From Candidatus Latescibacterota bacterium (lineage in GTDB: Bacteria > Latescibacterota > UBA2968 > UBA8231), in NCBI GenBank assembly GCA_965200315.1, contig OZ241362.1, positions 4,480,001-4,544,000 on the forward strand: DNA of 64,000 nt. Reading direction: 5' to 3'. Position 1 is the first letter of the stretch. Each line of letters opens with the position of its first letter. The position numbers and the translations under genes were made by a program. Under the pieces are notes generated by a model. It did not search any database, had not been told where the DNA came from, and worked only from the letters and a program-made list of their open reading frames with translations. Below are positions 56,800 through 64,000 of the stretch, piece by piece.

Positions 56800-57573
56800 T
56801 TACTCCTCCTGAGAGACGAGGATCTGGGAGCGGACCTTGAGGGCATTGGGGTAATGCCTCCCGATTCGTTCGGCCGCGGCTTGGGCTTGCGCCTCAGTGC
56901 GATAGTTGCCGACTTCGATCTTGTAATAAGGCCCCTTAAGGGTCACGTTGATGTCTTCGCGCTTCAGGCGCTTTTTTGCCTCTTCCGCGAGGAGGACGGC
57001 TTTGTCGTGATGGTGAGATAGGAACTGGTCGATCAGCACCCTCCAGCCAGTGATATTCACCAACTCGGGCGCGGCCGCCGGAACGGAGGCGGGCACCGCG
57101 CTCGCTGGAACCTCGACGACATAGGCATCGGCATAGTCCGGGCCAAGTGCGGCGACCTGTTCCTTGAGGGCCGCGGCCGCGGCGCGGGTAGCGTATTGGC
57201 CAGCTTGCAGCACCGAGTGCTCGTTGCGGACCACTAGATAAACCCTCACGCCGAGTGTGCGTTCTAGTTCGGCACGACGCTGGCGGGCCATAGTTTCGTT
57301 GCTCAGAGCTAGTAGCTGGAGGCGATAGACCGAAGTGTGCGCTGACGGGGCGTACTCTTGTACGGGAGCCGCCGGTTCCGCTGGGGTTTGGGTTTGATCG
57401 CGGCTCTCGCGTTGAACCGGCTCAATTAGCAAATCTTCGCCGAGAGTGCGCGGATCGAATTCTTCGCGGCTGACGGGCGCGGCATCGCCCGAATCGCTGC
57501 GCCAGCGCGGTGTGCTCGTGCAGTGGGCCGTGCCGAGCAGGGCCAGCAAGAAGAGGAAGGAGTGCGTTCTCAT
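56800..57573 (-). CDS. SPOR-domain lipoprotein
   Basis: Signal peptide ending in Cys; YRLQL...AGQY and GWRV...YKIEVGNY SPOR-like repeats. Confidence 0.75.
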   Translation of the reverse strand: MRTHSFLFLLALLGTAHCTSTPRWRSDSGDAAPVSREEFDPRTLGEDLLIEPVQRESRDQTQTPAEPAAPVQEYAPSAHTSVYRLQLLALSNETMARQRRAELERTLGVRVYLVVRNEHSVLQAGQYATRAAAAALKEQVAALGPDYADAYVVEVPASAVPASVPAAAPELVNITGWRVLIDQFLSHHHDKAVLLAEEAKKRLKREDINVTLKGPYYKIEVGNYRTEAQAQAAAERIGRHYPNALKVRSQILVSQEE

Positions 57574-58610
57574 GGCTCGACCCAAGCGCGTAGGGTGGGT
57601 TCGTATGGAGCGCGGGCGACGCCCTTTTCCGAAATGATCGCCGACACCAAGTCGCAGGGCGTGACGTCAAAGGCCGGATTGTAAACCGGCACCGCGTCCG
57701 GGGCCGTGGGCTTACCCATGCCTTGGCGGACCTCGGCTGCATCGCGCTTTTCAATGGGAATTTCCGCACCCGAGGCCAAGGCCATGTCGAGGGTCGAAAC
57801 CGGCGCGGCTACGTAGAAAGGCACGCCGTGTTCGCGGGCGAGGACAGCCAGCCCATAGGTGCCGATTTTGTTGGCCACGTCGCCATTTTTGGCGATGCGG
57901 TCAGCACCCACGATACAGCAGTCAATCGCCTCATTGCACAGCACGACCGCAGCCGCATTGTCGCAGATGACTTTGACGTCGATGTCGCTCTGCATGAGCT
58001 CCCACGCGGTCAGTCGCGAACCTTGGAGCAACGGGCGAGTTTCGTCGGCAAATACGGCGACTTTCTTACCTGCCTCTTGGGCTGCATAGACGACGCCCAA
58101 GGCCGTGCCATAGTCGGCCGTGGCCAAGCCGCCGGCGTTGCAGTGGGTGATGACTTGGCTACCGTCGCGCAGGAGTGCTGCGCCGTGAGCACCGATCTGG
58201 CGGCAGATTTGGCGGTCTTCTTCAAAGAGGCGGTGAGCAGCCGTCAGCAGGGCGTCGCAGATGGCGTGGTTGTCGCGGTCCTGATTGGCCGCCAACACCT
58301 CCTGCATCTGATCTAAGGCCCAGAACAGGTTGACCGCAGTAGGCCGGGTGCGGGCGAGGCGATCAATGGCTGCTTCGACGCGGCAACAAAAAGTCTCAGG
58401 AGCGCAATCAACCGCGGCGTGCGCACCCACCACAACGCCGTATGCAGCCGCCAAACCAATGGCCGGTGCGCCGCGCACCACCAGCCCTTCAATGGCGCGG
58501 GCAAGGCCCTCGACGTCGCGGTAGGTTGTGTACACCAGCTCCTCGGGCAAGCGAGTTTGATCGAGCAGGACAAGCGCCTCATCCTGCCATCTAAGCGTTT
58601 GCATCGGCAT
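57570..58610 (-). CDS. mtnA: S-methyl-5-thioribose-1-phosphate isomerase
   Basis: LDQTRLP, VRGAPAIG, RPTAVNL, THCNAG, ETRP..QG and NKIGTY motifs. Confidence 0.95.
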   Translation of the reverse strand: MPMQTLRWQDEALVLLDQTRLPEELVYTTYRDVEGLARAIEGLVVRGAPAIGLAAAYGVVVGAHAAVDCAPETFCCRVEAAIDRLARTRPTAVNLFWALDQMQEVLAANQDRDNHAICDALLTAAHRLFEEDRQICRQIGAHGAALLRDGSQVITHCNAGGLATADYGTALGVVYAAQEAGKKVAVFADETRPLLQGSRLTAWELMQSDIDVKVICDNAAAVVLCNEAIDCCIVGADRIAKNGDVANKIGTYGLAVLAREHGVPFYVAAPVSTLDMALASGAEIPIEKRDAAEVRQGMGKPTAPDAVPVYNPAFDVTPCDLVSAIISEKGVARAPYEPTLRAWVEP

Positions 58611-59017
58611 TAGAAGGTCGAAAATTCAAAGGGGGTTTCTGAGGCTTTCTCGGGCGCACCCCCATCTGGGAAATCCGTGCGCTCGGCGTCGCCCCACAGC
58701 CTCTCTAGGGCGTAAAAGTCGCGCGCTTCCTCGCGAAAGATGTGGACGACAAAATCGACGTAATCTATCAGCACCCAGCGCCGCGTATCCGCGCCTTCGA
58801 TGTGCCAAGGCTTTTCCCCTACCTCGGCGAGTTGATCCCGCACTTCGTCGGCGAGGCTGCGGATGTGCTGCTCAGAAGTGCCCGTACAGAGCAGGAAGTA
58901 GTCGCAAGTGTCGGTGATGTCGCGCAGGTCCAGCAAGGTTATTGCGAGGGCCTTTCTATTTTGTAAAGTTTCTACGACGCGGGCGATGCGCGGATCTTGG
59001 CACAGTCTCATGGACAT
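58610..59017 (-). CDS. rsfS: Ribosome silencing factor
   Basis: KA..I..LD, DYF, WVLIDY...VVHIF...R.FY.LERLW motifs. Confidence 0.94.
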   Translation of the reverse strand: MSMRLCQDPRIARVVETLQNRKALAITLLDLRDITDTCDYFLLCTGTSEQHIRSLADEVRDQLAEVGEKPWHIEGADTRRWVLIDYVDFVVHIFREEARDFYALERLWGDAERTDFPDGGAPEKASETPFEFSTF

Positions 59018-59029
59018 TTTCTCGCAAAG

Positions 59030-59497
59030 TTACTTAACTGGGTCGAGCAGACCGATGCGGCGATAGTCGTGCCCGATGACAATCGAGACGCTCGCCAAGC
59101 TGAACTGATCTTCCTTCTTCTGGCGAATAAAATGGGGTATCCCCAACACATTCGCCACTTGTCTGGCTCGCTCGATATCGCCGTCCAAAGCGACCACGAG
59201 CGTGTGCAGATAATTGAAGCTCGGTGCGTTGCCTTCGTGAATCACATCTAGCCCGAGGGCGCGTGCCTTTTTGCGGAGGCGGGCAGCGATTTGGGGTTCA
59301 CCTCTGCCGTTGAGAATTTCGACCCGAATGGGGCTGATCTGGGGAGCGGTTTCCGACTTGGCAACTTCCCGCTGGAGCACTGGCTCGGGGGCAGTAGCAG
59401 AACGCGGCCAAAAGGCCGTCTTGAGGAGAAGGGCTATGGCTACCGTGGCCAGCCCCCATAAAATTAGCTCCTGCAGGTTGGGGTTTCCTCGCTTCAT
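59030..59497 (-). CDS. LytR C-terminal domain-containing membrane protein
   Basis: N-terminal TM helix; VEILNG.G....A, GNA and VSIVIG.D motifs. Confidence 0.8.
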   Translation of the reverse strand: MKRGNPNLQELILWGLATVAIALLLKTAFWPRSATAPEPVLQREVAKSETAPQISPIRVEILNGRGEPQIAARLRKKARALGLDVIHEGNAPSFNYLHTLVVALDGDIERARQVANVLGIPHFIRQKKEDQFSLASVSIVIGHDYRRIGLLDPVK

Positions 59498-59560
59498 CGC
59501 TCCAACGTTGTCAAATGAATAGAAAACGGCAAGTTACGTCAAGCAAACAAAGGATGAGAC

Positions 59561-60514
59561 ATGGATATTTTGCGCGAAGAAACCTTTGCCCATCGCTTCT
59601 CTACGACTGATTTTCTCGCGGCCTGTCACCAAGCGTTTGAGTGCTACGGCACCGGGGTTATCGACAATCCGCCGCGCACCGAGTCCATCCAAAAGCGCGG
59701 GGCACTCGACTACTTTCGCTTGGACCTGCCGGCCGAATGGCCGGGAAAGTTCCGTGCGCGAAAAATTATCGAAGAATTCTCCGACATAGCAAGTGGGCGG
59801 CTAGCCAAACGGGAGGCGTATATCGCATTTGAAGATCTGCAACAAGGCCGATCTTGGCGGTTAGAGGCCGGACACATCACCGACCAGCGCACCGGCGCGG
59901 CCGGCGCACTGGGTCTGCAATATCTAGCCGGCGAGTCCGTTGAGCGAGTCGCCATTTTAGGGACCGGCCGGATTGCGCGAACCTTAGCTCTGTCCTGCGA
60001 CGCGCTCTTTGATTTGGCGGAAATTGCCTGCACGAGCCGCCGGCCTGCGAACCGGGCGGCGTTTGCCGAAGCGGTTGAGCCAGACCTGCGTACGCGTCTG
60101 CGGTTAGCAACGTCGCTAGAAGCGTGTATCGCCGGTGCCGACGCCGTGCTGACAGCGGTGCCGACGCCGCGGCCCATTTTGACAGTGCCGGCACTGGCCG
60201 AGGTGCCCTACCTCGCCGTCATCGCCGGGGACAGTCGCACGCGCCAGCTCGCGCCAGAAGTGCTCTACGAGCGCACAGTGGTTGTCGATGTCCTCGCCCA
60301 AGCCGAGAAGTCCGGGGAGTTTCGCTTTGCGGCCGAGCAGGGCCAAGCCGAGCAGATAGACTTGGCGCGCAATGCCGAGGGCAAGGTCTTGGACATCGGC
60401 GATGCCGCCTGCGGGCGGCTTGGCACGTCAGGGCCGAGCGCGGTCTATCTGACGGGGATGGGGGCACAGGACTTGTGCGCGGCGGCCATGGTGTACCGCC
60501 GCCTGCTCACTTGA
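59561..60514 (+). CDS. Ornithine cyclodeaminase / mu-crystallin family protein (divergent)
   Basis: ITDQRTGAAG, ILGTGRIA and TGMGAQDL motifs. Confidence 0.8.
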   Translation: MDILREETFAHRFSTTDFLAACHQAFECYGTGVIDNPPRTESIQKRGALDYFRLDLPAEWPGKFRARKIIEEFSDIASGRLAKREAYIAFEDLQQGRSWRLEAGHITDQRTGAAGALGLQYLAGESVERVAILGTGRIARTLALSCDALFDLAEIACTSRRPANRAAFAEAVEPDLRTRLRLATSLEACIAGADAVLTAVPTPRPILTVPALAEVPYLAVIAGDSRTRQLAPEVLYERTVVVDVLAQAEKSGEFRFAAEQGQAEQIDLARNAEGKVLDIGDAACGRLGTSGPSAVYLTGMGAQDLCAAAMVYRRLLT

Positions 60515-63338
60515 ACAACCCCGAGTACTTAAAGGTCATAATGTAATCCTGTGAGCCTTTCTTCTTGGCTTGAGGTCGGCTGTCGTAAATGTCCCAGCCA
60601 AAGCCGAAGAGAAACTGATCTTTGTAAAAGGAAATGGCCACGCCCAGCGAAATGGCCAGCGAGTTTCCAGTTGAAAGGGCTTCGAGGACATTGCCGATGG
60701 CGGTGAAATGGATGCCGGAAATCAACGGGTTGTCCACGTTGTGCCAGCCGGCAAAGGCCAATCCGGGCAAGCCAATCAGGCGCTCGGTTTGGCCTTGGAC
60801 CGGGTTGCCGTCGGCGTCGGTATAATCGCGCCCGGGACGGATCGTCAAAAAGGAAACCAGCGGCTTGGCCTCAAATTCCCACTTCCAGCCCCCGGCTTCC
60901 AAAAGTTGCGACACGCTCTGCGGCGGGGCACCCGGGTAGCTATGGGTAGTGATTTTGAGCCGCACTCGGCGATTGTCTTCTTCCGATAGCTGCAAGTTGA
61001 GATCCTCGGCCAAGACGCGCCCACCGCTAGACTCGTAGATTGTGACCTTCTTCTTTTGGATACTGCCTTTGGGGGCGTAGTTCTCGTCGAGCCGGGTCCA
61101 CTCGACGACCATCTCGCGACCGATTAGCGCCCGCCGCAGCGAGTCGGGAATCGCAAAGGCCACATCCACTTTGGTGCCGTCTTTTTGCACCACCGGAGTA
61201 TTGCTCCAGCCGACGGCCAAGGGCTGGGTCTGCTCGCCGCGCGAGACCAAGACCTCGACAATCTGCGCCAAGTGGATATCTGCGAGTACCCCGTGCCCCT
61301 TGTATTCGAGTGGACGGGCGCGGTCCTTGACGTCGTTGCTGACCAACAAAACGCGCCCGCGGCGCTCGCCTAAGGCATCGGGTGTAAAAAAGAGCGTGAG
61401 GCGTGTGGACTCGCCCGGGGCCAGCGCGAATTGCGCCGGCTCAACGTGAGCCTCCTCGCTCTGGGGATGCGCTTCGACTTGCAGCACAGTATCGCCGACG
61501 TTGGTGGCCACGAAGGTCCTTTCCGCCTGCTCCCCCAAGGCCACGTAGCCAAAATCGACGACGCCCGCCGGATTCAGCTCGATTTCCGCGGCCACGCCGT
61601 TGCCCTTGAGCAAGATGTCGAGCGCCATGATCTCATTTGCGCCCAAGCCGTCCAAGCGCAAGGTTCCCGAAATCGCTCCGCGGGCCGACGGGCTGAAGGA
61701 CACGTGCAGCGGCAAGGTGCGCTGGCTGTGGGCCGGCAGCAGGAACCTACTGTCGGCGTCGATTGGGGTGTGGGCGGTAAATTCGGCGCTCATCGAGCGA
61801 AGCTGGTGAATCTCAAAGTCGGCGTTGCCCACATTGGCTATTTCGAGGACTCGGCTGCTGCTTTCGCCAACGGCGACTCGGCCGAAGTCCACGGTCGCCG
61901 GGCTGAGGGCGAAAAACTGGCCTACGCCCTGCAAGCGCACGATCTGACGCTCGGCTTCGGCCTCGACGTGGAGGGTAGCTTGACGAGGACCGGATTCCTT
62001 GGGCGAGAAACTCAGCGCCACTTGGACGCTGGCTTTAGGCTGGACGAGGACCGAGTGTTGTTCGAGACCAAATTCAACGCCCTCATCTGCGGCCACGGCG
62101 ACCTCCACTACACCCGGCTGGCCGCCCCTGTTCCACAACAGCAAATAGCCGTGCGCAGTCCCGCCGATGGGTACGCTGCCGAAGTCAATGTCATCACTGA
62201 TAATCTCGATGCGCGGCGGGCTGATCTGACCGCGACCTACGAGGGAAATGGCCACTTCGGCGGCTTGCGGATCGCTAGTGTACAGGCGCAAGATGCCCCT
62301 TTGATCGCCTTCGCTCTGCGGCACAAACGCCGCACTTAGGTCGAGCCGCCCTTGGGGACCAATGGTCGCCGACGAGTCCCCGACCCCGAGGGCAAAGGCC
62401 GCGCCCTCAAGGGCGACGTTTTCAATGTGCAACTCGGCTTGGCCCTGATTGAGGACCGTAACGCGGCGTGTCAGGCGCTGGCCCACTTCGACAGCGCCAA
62501 AGTCGAGGCCCACTTGCGGCAGGGGCGAAAAAGCCGCTTGCGGCACCAAACCGCTCCCCCGCAGGGGAATAGACCAATCCCCAAAGTCAGGCGAGGCGAC
62601 GACTAATTCAGCCTCGACCGGCTCCATGCGCGTCGGGGCGAACGCAACGTCGATCCGCGTTTCATCGCCGGGAGCAGGCCAAGGGCCAACTTCGCCTTCA
62701 ACGCTAAAGGGACCCTGTAGGTCGGCAACTTTCATCTGCCCCGCCGTAACGGGCGCGGTGCCGGTGTTTTTGACGATAACGGCCGCCGTCGCCACTTGCC
62801 CGACGGGCACTGAGCCAAAATCCAGCCCTTCGGTTGGCAAAATCACTATAGTCGGAACGACGGCTACCGCTTGCAGCGGCACGACCAAGCGCTCGTCTTT
62901 GAACAAGGCAGCTACCTGCAAAGTCAGTTCGCCTGCATATTCCCCGGCCGCAGGGGCGCTGAAGCGCACTTCAACGCGGCTGACGGCCTTGCCATCCAAG
63001 CGCAGCGTATCTGATAACGCGCTAAAGCCGTCGCCGCTAATACCGACGATCACTTCGAGCGCGTCGTCTTGCAGATTTTCGACGGAAACGGATGCTCGCG
63101 TCTCCACGCCGACGCCGACCACACCCAAGTCGAGCGCATTCAGGTCAATGGCGAGAGGTTGGGCGCGCAGAACCGCTGGCAGAATCAGGAGGACGAGCAG
63201 AGGCAAAAAAGAAGAGCGACCAACCCGCCAGAATACCGAATACAATGTTTGTCGAAGTTCCACGTCGTAGAGGAGTGGAAAACTTCCTCTGAGGTATTCT
63301 TCACGCCGATTCAGGTCGCTCTCTGTTAGCTGAAACAT
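60507..63338 (-). CDS. Secreted protein with six Ig-like (choice-of-anchor D / ASH) repeats
   Basis: Six (L/I/V)D(F/L)GxVxxG...N.G...L.G.G repeats; signal-like LPLLVLLILPAVLRA, so the true start is probably downstream of 63338. Confidence 0.8.
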   Translation of the reverse strand: MFQLTESDLNRREEYLRGSFPLLYDVELRQTLYSVFWRVGRSSFLPLLVLLILPAVLRAQPLAIDLNALDLGVVGVGVETRASVSVENLQDDALEVIVGISGDGFSALSDTLRLDGKAVSRVEVRFSAPAAGEYAGELTLQVAALFKDERLVVPLQAVAVVPTIVILPTEGLDFGSVPVGQVATAAVIVKNTGTAPVTAGQMKVADLQGPFSVEGEVGPWPAPGDETRIDVAFAPTRMEPVEAELVVASPDFGDWSIPLRGSGLVPQAAFSPLPQVGLDFGAVEVGQRLTRRVTVLNQGQAELHIENVALEGAAFALGVGDSSATIGPQGRLDLSAAFVPQSEGDQRGILRLYTSDPQAAEVAISLVGRGQISPPRIEIISDDIDFGSVPIGGTAHGYLLLWNRGGQPGVVEVAVAADEGVEFGLEQHSVLVQPKASVQVALSFSPKESGPRQATLHVEAEAERQIVRLQGVGQFFALSPATVDFGRVAVGESSSRVLEIANVGNADFEIHQLRSMSAEFTAHTPIDADSRFLLPAHSQRTLPLHVSFSPSARGAISGTLRLDGLGANEIMALDILLKGNGVAAEIELNPAGVVDFGYVALGEQAERTFVATNVGDTVLQVEAHPQSEEAHVEPAQFALAPGESTRLTLFFTPDALGERRGRVLLVSNDVKDRARPLEYKGHGVLADIHLAQIVEVLVSRGEQTQPLAVGWSNTPVVQKDGTKVDVAFAIPDSLRRALIGREMVVEWTRLDENYAPKGSIQKKKVTIYESSGGRVLAEDLNLQLSEEDNRRVRLKITTHSYPGAPPQSVSQLLEAGGWKWEFEAKPLVSFLTIRPGRDYTDADGNPVQGQTERLIGLPGLAFAGWHNVDNPLISGIHFTAIGNVLEALSTGNSLAISLGVAISFYKDQFLFGFGWDIYDSRPQAKKKGSQDYIMTFKYSGLFK

Positions 63339-63359
63339 ACGTTTAAATAAACTACCGTG

Positions 63360-64000
63360 TCAAGCAGAGAGAATCTGCTCCAAGCCCCCGACGAGCCGAT
63401 CCATGCCCTCGGCCACATCCTCTTGGCGCAGGGCGCCGTAGGCAACGCGCAAATAGCAGTCCGCGCTCAATCCGAAGGCATTGCCGGGAATGACGGCAAC
63501 CTTGTGTTCCCGCACCAAGCGAGCGACCACGTCCATGGCGTCGAGGTCGGTTTGCAGACGCATTAATACATAAAAAGCGCCTTCGGCTGCCGGCACGTGT
63601 ACGCGCTCGCCGAGCGCTTTGAGCCGCTCTAGGCAAAGCCGACGCACCGCATCCATATCCGCTAGATGGTCCTTGCAGTACGCGGCTCCAGCCGCGAGGG
63701 CACCGAGCGCGGCGCGTTGCGAAATAACCGGCGGGCAGATGAGCAGGGTGTCTTGGATTTTTTCCAGCGCGCCCAGCAGGTGCCGTGGGGCCACGAGGTA
63801 GCCGACCCGCCAACTGGCGAGTCCGTATGCCTTAGAAAAGGAAAATAGCGAGATAGTGTACGCCGCGCTTTCAGGCAGTGAGCCGGGCGAAAAGTGCTGA
63901 GCCGCACCGTAAGTAAAGTACTCGTACGCCTCGTCGGCAAAGTGGTAGAGACCGCGCTCGCGGCAGAGCCGATTGACTGCCGCCAAGTCTGCGGGCCGAT
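63360..64000 (-). CDS. Class I/II PLP-dependent aminotransferase (5' end outside window)
   Basis: DEAYE, SFSKAYG..SWRVG, GAFY and LRVAY motifs. Confidence 0.9.
   Translation of the reverse strand, partial: RPADLAAVNRLCRERGLYHFADEAYEYFTYGAAQHFSPGSLPESAAYTISLFSFSKAYGLASWRVGYLVAPRHLLGALEKIQDTLLICPPVISQRAALGALAAGAAYCKDHLADMDAVRRLCLERLKALGERVHVPAAEGAFYVLMRLQTDLDAMDVVARLVREHKVAVIPGNAFGLSADCYLRVAYGALRQEDVAEGMDRLVGGLEQILSA

Noticed and set aside
1-64000. CRISPR arrays, rRNA, tRNA, intact transposases, integrases or prophage genes
   Set aside because: No regularly spaced repeats, cloverleafs or such protein motifs were seen; most intergenic gaps are short.

Overview
GC-rich bacterial chromosome segment, mostly housekeeping. 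C-terminal FlgD/T9SS-like sorting domains suggest an FCB-group organism such as Latescibacterota; this is inference. All annotations are from motif recognition only, with no database searches. Contents in order: a decayed DUF4276 gene; an EPS/LPS cluster (WcaJ-like transferase, GT2, GT4, O-antigen ligase/polymerase, PMM); a tandem-YjbQ protein; sixA, PTS EIIA, BatA/VWA and merC; a long minus-strand aromatic amino acid supercluster (trp leader peptide and attenuator, trpE(G), trpG, trpD, trpC, trpS, chorismate mutase, tyrA, an AroA-fold protein lacking most catalytic residues, a 46-aa small ORF, aroE, argS, aroK, aroB, rimO, DUF971); a small protein/aspartic protease pair; an S8 protease; ABC, TauE and glycosyltransferase genes; an eroded island at about 39.8-42.4 kb; a sulfatase; mazG; an orphan parA with a structured leader followed by a sensor-less sigma54 activator; an elongasome cluster lacking mreBC; and a six-repeat Ig/ASH surface protein. 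No rRNA, tRNA, CRISPR array or intact transposase was seen. The best novelty candidates are the AroA pseudoenzyme with its small partner, the start-less tyrA in the -1 frame of chorismate mutase, and the parA leader RNA/ParA/EBP module.
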